From the NCBI GenBank assembly GCA_000934665.2, contig JYFJ02000135.1:62001-126000 (forward strand): a stretch of DNA of 64,000 nt. Reading direction: 5' to 3'. Shown here in pieces: positions 10,929 through 23,372 of this stretch. The notes below the pieces were generated by a model. That model was given only the letters and a program-made list of their open reading frames with translations, had not been told where the DNA came from and did no database searches. Every line of letters starts with the position of its first letter. The stretch's first letter is position 1. Origin of the DNA: Catajapyx aquilonaris (Eukaryota). A program made the translations under genes and the position numbers.

Positions 10929-12227
10929 TAAACCCGGTCAAAAATACTGCCGCGATTGTGCTTGATACCGAACCTTTTGTATCCGGTCGAGCGTTTCGCA
11001 GATTCTCGCAATGTTACATTTAGCACGCAATTACTTAAACACGGAGCGCACACACCTCGGAACGTCATAATCACCATGTTTTTCTGTCCAGCCTCGTGGT
11101 GCACGACATTCGGCCTCTAAAATCAATTTGAAAACTGCAGATTATATAAACAGAAGCAACAGTTTCCACATGTGCTTTTCACAGGTACCGTATTTCAGTG
11201 TGCATGGTAGCACGTGAAAAATCTTAGAAAAAATAATTATTCATTCGTTAAATAATTTTTAAATATTTTTATAGAAAAAATAAAGTGCCATATGACACGT
11301 AGATGCAGGGTAATTAGCTCAAATCTGTCGAATATTTTGTCTCATTAATATTTTAGCTAATATTTCTATTTTCGTAATTGTTATTTTTGATAACGTAGAA
11401 ACAATTACACTTATGCAAATATTAGTTACAATATTCGACAAATTAAGAGCAACCCATATCCGAATAGTGTCAAGACGTCTGAAGCCCATATGTGACATGA
11501 TGCCTGATTTTTCCCTCACCCTGTACCCTGTCTTAAGGCGACTTTTGCAAAAGTCCTGCACTCATCACTGCTAATAGCTGGGCTTTGGGACCCACTATAA
11601 AGTCATTAGCCGTGCGGGCCTCTTCACCTTGTAACGGCCCACAAAGGCCTCCGGTGGCTGCAGGTCAGATGCAGAGGTCATTCGATCAGCCTGATGAACC
11701 ACTGCCTGCCACTCAACCCCTCCCAGGCGGCTCTCTCTTTCTCTCTCCGTCTCCCTCCCTCCCCGCCTCCCCCCAATAGGCTTGGAAATATCCCCCCTAC
11801 CAGACACACCCCAAACATGGCCGCCCCACAAAAAGAAGTAGGCGGTGGTCCAGGGCTAACTCCCACACCCGTCACTTCCCCCCTACTGTTATTTGAACGC
11901 GCAATGAGTATTTAACAAGTATTTATGTCCCCGGGGAGATGGCCAGTTGGCAATCATGAACTCATCAACTGCAACTGGCTCTACGAAATGGGTCCGAACC
12001 TGTTTTCAAATTGCGCCGGCACGGACGTGGCGAGATTTTTACGACAGCCCACACAAAACCCCTAAGCATTGTCAAGAACTTTTTCTCCCATTTCTTTGCG
12101 TACTTATACCGTTTGTTATCTAACAGCCCGGCCGGTTCACAATGGCCCGACGGGTGGGTTGCAGACCCTCAGGATAAGCGGTTCAGACCCGCCATACGAG
12201 ATGGCACTGGTGTAAGCCGGGGGAAAC

Positions 12228-12393
12228 GGCACAATGTGATGGACCACGGCACAATGTGACGGAATTCTAGAAAATAAGGCACAACGTGACGGACAGCCAG
12301 AAATTAGGCACAATGTGGCCAAATTACAGGAAAATACGGCACAATGCGACCAAATTCCAGAAAATAAGGCACAAAAATAGGGTACAATGTGAA
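12228..12393. repeat. Degenerate ~30-bp minisatellite with core GGCACAATGTGAC
   Basis: Core copies at 12228, 12248, 12278, 12307, 12338, 12368 (partial) and 12381. The unit is approximately AAAATAAGGCACAATGTGACGGAATTCTAG. Confidence 0.9.
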
Positions 12394-15300
12394 TGACTAG
12401 GGCAGACTATTTTCAGGTTTTTCTTATCTGTAGACTAGGGAGTGACGGCCCTTTGGGCCAACCTAGTGACGGCCTCTGGGTCCCTGGGCTGGCAACTTGG
12501 GGCAAGATGGATGGCCGCCGTGACCGCAGTCTCCTCGGAATCCGCACTGGTCAATGAATAGCTTGTAAATCGTGCGGCTAGCATACAACGAATGGGGGGG
12601 AGGTGGGGGAGACGACAGAATAGACCAAGGGGAAGAAGCAAAGAAAAAAACAGGTAAAAGAGAGAGGCATCAGATGCCCTTCAAAGCCAGGTGAGAAAAT
12701 GGGCTCCGGCTCCGTGATAAATTGTCCTTGCATTCGAAGTCAGATTGACAGGGGGCATACAAAATGCCACACGGTACTACCCAACCCCCCTTGAAGAAAA
12801 ATTCCTTCGAAGTAGCCTTCGAATTTGGAGGATATGTCGAATTTTTTTGAGTGTTAATGACTCCTCCGTCCGGTCCTTAGCAATGCATCAACTTGACCTG
12901 TGTACTGGTAGTGGACCCTTGCCGGCGGGCTGACCGACAATCATGTAGGCATTTGTTGTTTCCTCCTGTCCGCCAACATAGTGGAAATTTTGACACCGTG
13001 TCTCATTTACAACGATTTATGGCTCTGACATTTGCATGGAAAGAAGGCAGTCCTGTACACTGAAGTCATAGCGAAAAATAAATAATCGGGTAGAAAAAAA
13101 AAACCTTCTCTCTGCAGGGCTTAATAGGTACGGCGGGGGTGGGGGGGTTTCCAAGGGGAGTGTACCTGTCAAGAATTCAACTTCGGAAAATGCCGTACCG
13201 GTTTTTCTCGCTTTTTCTGATTAATATTTCACAATTAAGGACCCTATAAAACTGGCGGACTTGAGCTAGGAATGAAATGGAAATGGAAATCGCCTTATTG
13301 TTCCAGAGCAAAAACTACGTCCGGTAAAAAAAAAGAAAAAAAGCGACAGGTGCTACACACATCGATTGCCATGACAGTTAGACCTTCCGAATCAAAAGGA
13401 CCACGCCGAATTAACCCCCATTGGGATCAGAACCGTTGGACACTTGAAGATAGCCATCAATAGCTTTGAAGCTTCCCTGGCAACTATTTTGCAAGTACCT
13501 GTTGCTTTTGCTGGTCGATTTTTTTTCCTCCTCTCTTCCGCACGGACTTCCATTTCCCTGATTCCCCATTGACTGACAACCAGGCTCTGGATTTCCAACA
13601 GCTGTCTGTCGCCAAGCTTCACGCTCCTCTAGCTTCACTTTGAACCAAATCTCCCCCTGGTCCTAATCTTTTCAAGGAGGAAAAGGGGGGGCTTGGAGAT
13701 TGCGGCCAGAAATGTCTCTCCATTATTATGGACAACCACCAACATAGGCGCTGGCTTTTTTGGGGGGTTATGTGTGCGGGTAAAAAGAAGGAGGTCGAAA
13801 TCCTCAATCTGGAACCCGACGGGGAACATCGAGGGTTGAACAATGGCCATCGTGGTCCGTTCGGCCCAATTCATTTTTCACGGCGTGATTGACAGGGCTG
13901 AACGGGGGACGAGGGCCATTTGCTGGACGTCCTCAAAAATGCGGACGGACGGTGCCCCAAAAGCTGGTGACCTGAGGCCCATAAATCGTGGTCTGGCACA
14001 ATAGTCACCTAAGGACATCCAGCTGGACATTCCGAGAGATAATGTACAGGCCCATTGTCCTGTTTTTCAGTCACTGAGTCACGCATTTGTATGAGCCAAA
14101 TTTTTGGTCAGTTCTACTTGTAATCCTGTCGCCAAATGACTGAGTCGTGGTTCAGAATGTATTATCTTGGGCGGTCATTCCACCCGGAACTTTTGGAATC
14201 TCCAGAGTATTTTGCGTAATTCATCGCGGGCATTGTTACTATGCGTTTGGCACCACCCGATAACAGTTAAGAGTTAGTTTTACTGCCGACCGACTTTTTT
14301 TCTGCTCATGTCTGGCAGTCCGGTGACACTGGGATCCTGGTATTGCATGACACGTACCCATCTCCCTTGGTCATTCCGTCATGGCTGGGTCGTACATGTG
14401 ACAGAACCGGTCCTGTTTTCACTCCCTTGGGCAAAGAAGTCGGGGACGTATGCCCATCCGATGTGCAACAAAAGAAAATCTGATTCATCTGCGGAAAGAA
14501 TTTGTAAACGTGCTCGTATATTTGGATAGTGACTAGACTCAACAAATGTCAACGGTGAACTCTTTTGTGTCGAAATTTCGCATTTTGAAGACGTCGCTTG
14601 GATATACTGGACACGACGCAATTTCCGGGTATTTTCACATTGTACCTACATATTTGTATTCCATTTTCGATTCAATTTATCCGGTTCAGAAAAACTGAAA
14701 AAAGTAAATTAAAAGGTCGCTCCATGTGGGATGTCGCAAATCTTCGACCATCGCCTACCATCATAACTCCGTCCAGGATACCCAAATGGAAGCATAAATA
14801 TGCCACCGTTAACAACCCTCAAAGAAAGCCTCCCGTGGTTTTGCTTAACGACACATATATTTTTAGTCTTAATCCAAAGGAATAAACATGGCGCCTAATA
14901 TTTCTTAAAAATCTTGCCTGCAAAGGGCGCGTAATTTTTCCTGCCTCCGACACTTGGCTCGTTTTACATGAGAAAGCGCAAGTTCAGTGTAGCGTACTCC
15001 ACGGTAGGTCCTCCTCTAATTTATGGGTCCGGCCCACAACTGGCTCAACATCTTTATACACATGCACCCAGGCCGCTCACGTATGAGCCTCCCGCCACGA
15101 GCAAGAGTTGCCAGCTCCTACCCACATTCACCCATCAACAATGCAAACCCTTTGACACAACCAGGATCAACAGACATCCTCCAATTATGCAACGACATTC
15201 GAGGGGAATACGGCAAAATTCTCCATATTTTATCGTATCTGCTAGTATTTTTTGATTCCGACTGACTAAACCGCTAGACCTGGCAACACGGACAGGCTTG

Positions 15301-16468
15301 CCTTCCCCACCAATGACACAGGGCGCCGGTGAACCCCCATTTAATTATAATACTTTATTGGTTAATAAATCAGTCGGCCGGCATTGAAGGATGGCGCTCA
15401 ATTTGAGCGCGGGGATGTTTTATGAGTAAGAACGCATTCTTTTCTCGGAAATTATTGGACGGGAAACTCCCATGGATCCGAGAAAGGTCTGGAAGGAAGG
15501 GGGTGGGATGACAGGGGTGGACGTAAGTCACTGAGCCAATCTGGAGGGGACACTGCAAATCGTTATTAACAGACAGAATCGCAACAATGTACTGTAAATG
15601 AACTTGTGCGAAGCAGACAACACAGACTATTGTCGAGTGAATATAAATGACAATATCTTTTGGACATCCTTGGCACTACCTGGAGCTTAATGAACTGAGG
15701 GGACATAAAACGAGCTGGCCATCCGAACGATTATTGCTTTCAAATCAGCCGCACCTTACGAACCCAAACCAAATAAATATTCATCGGAGGTGCCACCTTC
15801 CAATTTCATGAACCCCTCCAAAAAATGTTGGTTCGATTAACCAAAATTTCCAATACGCAAACTACCAAAACTCTTTGGCAAAGACCCCATGCCTGGCGCC
15901 AAGGAAGTGTACCAAACGCAGGTAGATTAAAGCGCCTTCTTTGATTGCTTTCTAACATCAGCATGTCCACCTTTTGCATGCGCAAGACTTCCCCTCTTTT
16001 CCCTATAACTTCTCATTAAACTAAATCAGGAACTTCCAGACCCTCGTCCATTTTTTTTCTCTCTCTCCTTAGAGGCTTCCCACTCCCTCACTCCGAAATC
16101 GCTACTCGTAAACAAACAATTCTTGAAACTGGGTGAGGCCAGGAGCCAATTGGAAGCCTTGCTCTCTACATAACCGCTCTTCAAAGTCATCCGGAACGGC
16201 TACCGTCTACCACGTAATTACCTCCTACACGCGCACTTTTACATCCCAATTGACAGCTTCATTCGTTGGACCGTAAAACCGTGCAGGTACAGCCTCCCCA
16301 AACTTTCCTCCAAAAAAAATGGCCAAGCGTGCATGGTAGCCATCAATATTGTAATCAACAGTTCCGCCAACAATGTGACAAAACGCACAATTTGAACTAC
16401 AAATGATTTGGTAACACGCGTTCAAAATTATTTCCATTTTATTTTTATTGTATTGCAACACATGTTAC

Positions 16469-16546
16469 ACACTGAAAATTCAGAGTGCAAAAATTTGGCT
16501 GAATTTATTTATTTAATTGATTCACATTGAATTTATTTTTCAGTGT
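16469..16546. repeat. Short AT-rich fold-back with a 10-bp perfect inverted repeat (possible MITE remnant)
   Basis: ACACTGAAAA (16469-16478) / TTTTCAGTGT (16537-16546), extended imperfectly by AATTCA/TGAATT. Confidence 0.45.
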
Positions 16547-19500
16547 ATAAGTCTTTATTGCAATTCTTAATATATTAATTCAATTTAAAATTAAGATTGG
16601 TGCTCTGGACACTGCGGTATCAGGCTGTCCCCCTTTTAGCCTCCTTCCCTGACACTGTCACCTTTGTCACCAACCCATGAGCTGCATCAGAAATAATCCG
16701 CGAATCCTAAATTCCAGGGTGGCAAATTGGGCAAGCAGATAGGGGTGTGATAACCACTCCCTATATATATATATTTTTTTCACTCTTTTTTCAAGATGAA
16801 ACCGATAGCCCGCAACACGCGAGCAACCGCAGGCTTTGACGAAAAGAGAGCGTGGGGGTACGGAAGAAGAGAAAAAAGGTTGGGGGATACAACCAGAGAC
16901 TTGCTAAGTGAAAAAAAAAAACACTGGCGATGAATCGCGTGACTTAGGATTGATTTGGGTCTCGTGATTCGACCCGTATATTTGTCCCCACAGGTATAAG
17001 GAGAACTGTGCTGGGGGAGGCCCCAACCATGGGGAAAAGAGTCAACTAACTTGTTGCGTGTACTGCGGATTTGTTTCCAGAAAAGGTCAACTGCAATATT
17101 AGGAAGCGAGGAAAGGGTGCTGGGAACTCAATCAACGTTAGGTTAGGTTAAGGGTAGCCTGTTAGCAAGAGGGGAAAATTCTTGAGATGAAAAATGATCA
17201 GAAAATAGCAAAATGTCAGCATGTAAATAGGGGAAAATTTTGAGATGCGTTTGGATCAATTTGAGTGTTTTTCTTCTTGTATCAACTCAAATTATGACAG
17301 TTCTAGAATGGATAACATTCAAAAAAATTTACACGGTATAATTAAATCGAAACATTTGGAGCTGCTCTTGTTACTTTAAACTATGAAAATTCAACTCAGT
17401 ACATTTTATGTAGGTACTGAAATAAATTGGTTGCACTTCAACTTTTAAACAAATTACCTTGGACCACGTTATTGGACATGTCATATGCTTGACCATATCC
17501 ATCGCCGAAAAACCCCCTAGCCTGCCAGCCATTTTCCACAGGCTCTCCTTTTTGATTTCCCTACCCCCCAAAAAAAAGTCACCGTATGGAACACTGCAGA
17601 TCACGGCTAGACCATTCTATCTTCAGTCCCCGGCCACATTGTTACCGCCTCCAGCTAAAAATGTCAATGCCGACCCGGGGAAACGCGCCGACAAATTTTG
17701 AGCACATGACATTTTCCCTTCCGATGACTCGACACTCGACTCCCCCGTCTCAAAGATCAATTCCTTCAGAGTGGTCTACCCGGAATCATTCCGCCAGATT
17801 GAGACCACTGTCCACGTTTTTTTTTTGTGTGTGTGTCCCCCCTTCCACCGGAACAATCCTACCCCCCTCCGGGTATAGGAAAACGACTATGCAATTCTTG
17901 GGAAACGGTTACGGGTAGACCCCCGGGACGTGTCTATCGGGCGGATACGTGACGCACCAGAAGCTGGCTCATTTGCAGTAAACTAGCGCTGATTACTCTA
18001 CCACCTGACCTAAAAGAAGAAAAAAAAAAATTAGCCGCAAAGGAACGCCGCACAGTCATCACCAGCCATAAAACTTGTTGGGTTCATACGTGACGAGGTG
18101 ACGGACAGCGTGATTCTGGGTACTACTTCAGATGTACAACCCCCGCACCGCAGAAATCTGGCCTGACAACCACCCACTGACCCCTCATCATTTCCAAACC
18201 ACTTCTTCTTCTCCGTCATGGGTGGCCTGCCTTCATTTCCTCTCAGGTTACGTGCCAAGGTCACATGACCCCCAGCCGGCCAATCGAAGCTTCTTCAGTG
18301 GCGTAGCCAATCTTGATTTGCGGCCTCTTTTGTGCCAATGTCAGGAGTGGAGGGATCGATGCGCCTGTAATTTTTCTATTCGCCTGTCAGCTGGAGATGG
18401 CGCCTGAGTCCCCCCTAATCTCCGGGAAAAGCTGGCTAAACAGTTTCATAATAGAGTTGCGGCCTCTCCCACAAATTCTCTCCGCCAATAAAACACGCAT
18501 AAAACCCGCCCACAGGGTCACTTTACACATTGAGCTCATTTTTTACAAAAATGTCAGAGAAAATAATATTGTTTTCTGAAAAATTGTGAAACGCCGTCAG
18601 CAAGTAGTATAGGCCTACTGAATTTATTCCAATGTTATCTGACATATTTGTATGATATTTTGTACAGTGACATTATAGGAGAAGACATACCTCATGGAAA
18701 ATACCGTACTAAAAATATTTTAGAATGAAATAATAGGGTCGACAAATAACCTTATTAATAAAATGATAATACAAACTAATACAATAAAATATTACAAATT
18801 AATAAAATAATGAAAATAAAATAATGCAATAAGTAATACGGTACATAATTTAAAGAATATCATGGTGCGCGTACTTCAGCAACATGTCTGACAAAAATGT
18901 CAAATTAGTTAGGAATCAATCCAACAAGACCCTTTCGCATGTGTAATCCCCCATACCCGCCGGCGCTAATTACAAGAACGAGTTTTCCCCTCCTGGAATA
19001 TGAATTCCATCAGGTAACGAACTGGAAACCTGGCAGAAGTCTGCAAAACTCACCCTTCATTACGTATCCTCAACCCGCCTTTCACATGTCAGCGGCTTAT
19101 TTGCAACGCGTCTTTTGCCTGCACCTTTCTTCACGTCGCATGAAATGACAACGGAGAGGTGGGTGGGGGGCAGCATATGGAAGAAGGTGGGGTGCTTTTC
19201 TTGCTGTTCGGTTGGATATGTGGGACAAGGCTATTTGTTTACCCCGCCTTCAGAAGGCTTGTAATAATTACGAACAGACTGCATTTTTGTCAGAGGGGAG
19301 ACTTGAAAAGGCCTTCCTCTTTTGCTTTTCCCCGTGTTCAATGCGCCGAATCTAATGAGTTGCAAGTTGGCAAACTCTCGCGTGGCTTTGCTCTGTCACC
19401 CGGCCAAAAAAAAAGAGGAGGACCCCCCCCCTCCCCCCCCCACGAAAAAAAAACGGGGGCATCTTCTCTCGTAAGAAAACTGTGATGTGCAAGTGACATG

Positions 19501-20409
19501 CAAGGTAAGGCTCGCGACAGGACTTAGTCAGGCGGGCCCTATTGCTATGCAAACAAGGCTGACACTGATGGAATGGCAGGGTGTCATTCGCAGCTATTCA
19601 AACCTATAAGGTTTTAGACAATTTGCGACACACACACACCCTTCTGGGAGCGCCCTTATAGGAGCGGTGGTGAAGCGAACTGAGTGGCGTCCATTTCGGA
19701 GCAAAATGTTCATTACGGCGCAACATTAAGGTTTGATTGCAAAATGCATTCGGTGTAGTGTGATATTTGGCAATTCCTGGCGGACCAGTTTAGATCCAAG
19801 GCGCGGAAACCGCGGGCTCAATAACGCAGTAATATAAACGTCCAATATACGGGCGCACCTACATTAGACGTACTTCCCCTAATTATCCGCATTAGGAACA
19901 TTATTAGGGCGATTATCTCCGGCACCTAATTTGCATAACCTGGAGACCTTAAGTCCAGGATTCATAGCCTCCAGAAAGCTTATTGCGGCCTATTGGCCAT
20001 TAATCCTCGCGTTTTTACGCTCCTCCCACATTTCTGCCTCATAACTAATCATTACTTCCTCATTATGCAACCCGCTACTAATGATGGATACATGCTAAAC
20101 AAGCTGTCTTTCTTCCCTCATGCACCACACCCACCCGGAATGTCCATTTCCCCGCACCTAACACATAAATCCAAACGTCGCACTAACTCTACCTGAAGGT
20201 TACCTCATGACTCTCTGTGACATCATCTTCACTGCTCGACATTTTCCAAACCTAACGGAGCCCCGCAATTAAAACCGGACCTTGACATATACGCCACCAC
20301 TGAAAAACTCAAGCCCTCTCTTCAAGTCATAAAATCCGATAAAATCGCACCATTCTTAATAATATATTGTACGCTCTTTACCTATCCGCAAGTTCAACCA
20401 ACGTGCCAA

Positions 20410-20760
20410 TATTTTTATACACTAGTAGGAGTCGTATATAACTTGATGCACCTGATGTACAATTTTATTCATTAATAAATATTTTAATGCAGAGAAAAAT
20501 ATATTTATGCACCTATTGCATAATTCTTATGCGTTAGCAAATATTTTTATGCACCTATTGCATAATTCTTATGCGTTAGCAAATATTTTTATGCACTAAT
20601 AAATAATTTTATGCGCCTGGTATATAGTTTTATGCACCGGGTGTATTAATAAATGTTTTTATGTCGAGAAAATAAATTTATGCACATATTGTATAAATTT
20701 CGATAAATTTTTATGAGCCAGCAAAATTTTTAAAGCATCTGGTATATATTTTGATGCACT
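20410..20760. repeat. AT-rich ~21-bp-period degenerate tandem array containing an exact 42-bp duplication
   Basis: TTTATGCACCTATTGCATAATTCTTATGCGTTAGCAAATATT occurs at 20504 and 20546 and restarts at 20588. Segments from ~20471 and ~20645 are also similar to each other. Confidence 0.9.
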
Positions 20761-23305
20761 GTGAGTTTAGAGCGATTCGCCCACATGTGCTCACATGGGC
20801 CAGCACGTGCTTGCTATTTCCCAGCGACTTCTCTCCTCAACGATCGGGTCTCGACCCGTCACTCTTCTGCCAGCTCTCAAGTGATGGGAGTCGGTCTTCA
20901 TTAGAACTGCCCCTACGGATGGGAGACGAGCTGACTGGGAGAGAAGAGCTCAGGAAAAAGTCCTTGCGTGCAAGAGGGCGGGTTCCTCCACCTTTTGGAC
21001 TCTTGACATAAGACTGACTTGCACCGCGGAAAAATCTGAAGGTGCGAGTCAATCGGCCGGGTGACTGACTCATAAATTGATAGGGCCTGTGGCATGACCT
21101 GAGATGACCTCGGCCATACGCACATGATATTGGGGGACTTGCGCCACATTCCAGCACAGCATCTGGAGTAGTGCGAAACAGCCCCGTGAAGAACCAGCCG
21201 GAGCAAGTGTTCCTCAGATGACAGCTGCACGTCACTCTCCCGTAAAAAGCAGGCTCTTTTCGGTGGCACATCCCCCCTTCTGATCAGAGATTCCTCTCAA
21301 AGGACCCCGTTGACAGGCTTCCCTTAAGGCTCTCCCGCATTAGCAGCGGCCTTCTTTTTGGGGGTCATCAAGGGGTGTCGGCATCATCAGCAACCATCTA
21401 CTCTACCAGAGCCATTAAAAAAAGATGGGGGCGCCAGGCTTGGAAATAGAGAGACAGGTGACAAGCAGCCGGATCTGTGACACTAGTCCTTTAATTATCA
21501 TCGATCAGTAGGTCCTCCGCGATGGAGAAACAAAGCTGCCGGCCCAGACATTCAGGTTGCCGTATGCAAATGATCCCGGGTCCTATACCGTTTCCCTTCA
21601 GTTCCAAAGAGCAGGGTGATTAGGAGAGGACGGAGATAAAAGGGAAGCAATTAGCCCCGCTCTTATCCCGGGGGCCTCCTCACCAATTTGCCGGGCTTTT
21701 CCAACAATGCAGCTGGCCCCGCTCGGGTATACTGCCATGGTATAACGTAGCGTCGCCCAAGACATTGCCACTCACTCCAGACAAAGCACTCTCTGGACCT
21801 GTCAGCCGGCCCTGTCATTACGGAAACATTCCTCCTCATCTGCATGGGCACCTACTGGATGGTAATCCTCATCAACACAGGTTTCGCACCTGACCAACAG
21901 ATAGGATTATTCCTTCACTCAATTTTTTGTGCATGGTTATATCCTGAAAGGGGATGCAACCATTTCGCCTCCGTTGTGTCACGGGGTGACTATTTACGAG
22001 GCGATTTATGTACCCTTGGAGAAGTCGGGACGAGGACACCCGCATTATTAGTCCGTTGTAACAAGCCTGATTACGTCATCAGCCCGGTCTGACCATATCG
22101 TGGAAACCCTCTCATTACAGCGAGTACATATCGCCGCAATGGACGGTAGCAACTCAATTAACCTACTTCCTATGATGATGAGGTTGTATACAAAAATTTA
22201 ACACTATTGCACAAATCGGCTGTGCTTTACAGAAAAAAATGGCCGGTGAGAAGTGTTTGAAGTGCATGATTGATTAGCATCACAAAATTATTACCTACAA
22301 TCCCATTCTCACCCCTCAAGTGGAAGCGCCTAACTTTGTTAGCATTCGATATAAAAATAATTGAACCTCACTAAACCCACTGTTTTGAACCGCTTCAAAA
22401 ACCTCCTCAAAATGGAAACAATTTCCTAACTCCCCGGCCAATTACTGCCTCTAAGTTGCGCGTAAAAAAACCCTCGAGATGCATATCATCCGACGGGCAT
22501 AAAGAGTGAAAGGAGGCATGGGATGGGAACATAAAAACCGAGGTGAGTGCGGGTATTACCGACAACATGAGTCTGCTTGAGAGGGGGGTCAAAAGCAAAA
22601 AGGGGGGGGTGCCCTCTTGGAATGATTCTTCGCCTGGCTGCCGACGTGTGAAAGAAAAGGGACCTATTATTAGACCTGGCCCTGTTATTAATGCTCACTA
22701 AATAAAGTGCTTCACTTGGGCCGTGTCTTGGGGCTGAGTGACATCGAGTCCCGTGCTCAGCATCTGTCTCGATTTCTTTAGAAACCCGTCCTGGACCGGA
22801 GTTGCCAAGCGCAGTAAATAGTCGCCAGACAGCCCCCTTTTAGCACGGTCCAAGTAGCGCATGTAACCAGTGTCATTCACTTGGTAAATTACTGGGGGTC
22901 ATCCAGTTGTGAGCCATTAATGCGGATTGCGAATAGACGTATCTATGAGTAAAATATCATCCTGGCAACCCTGGTCGTTTCAACACTCCACAGGGCCTAA
23001 AAGCCCCACTTGGCACTTCAAGAAACGTCAACGCGGTGCCAAGTCGTCATTTTTCCCCTTCAGCCCACCTCCCCAGGTAAGAGGAGGGAGAAAACGTGGG
23101 AGGTTAGAAAAAGATGCCCCCCCCCCCTCCCCTTTCCTTTCCTACCTTCCCCGATCACTCATCCAGACAACCCATCCAACATGGCTGCCCCTCGGGACAA
23201 TCCCAGCGTTTAAGAAACGCTAACGACTCGTAATCGCCCCTACACAAACACCCCGCCAAGAGCTTCTAAATTTAGATTCTTCTGAACCTATTAAATATAT
23301 ATCAA

Positions 23306-23372
23306 ACATATCGAAATAACAAAATTATCGAAATTGGCAAAATTATCGATATTTCCAAATGTAAAAATATCG
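23306..23372. repeat. Short degenerate tandem of AAAATTATCGA including one TATCGATA (DRE) palindrome
   Basis: Four TATCG cores at ~17-24 bp spacing; TATCGATA at 23344-23351. Confidence 0.65.

Noticed and set aside
12228..12393. CRISPR-like repeat-spacer interpretation
   Set aside because: The context is eukaryotic, the spacers are short and similar to each other, and there are no cas genes. It is a degenerate minisatellite.
17137..17154. GTTAGGTTAGGTTAAGGG telomere-like TTAGG repeat
   Set aside because: Only two to three units; too short to call an interstitial telomeric array.
19123..19148. SSRRMK* peptide resembling the expected end of tsh exon 1
   Set aside because: It is on the plus (wrong) strand and ends in a stop, not a splice donor.
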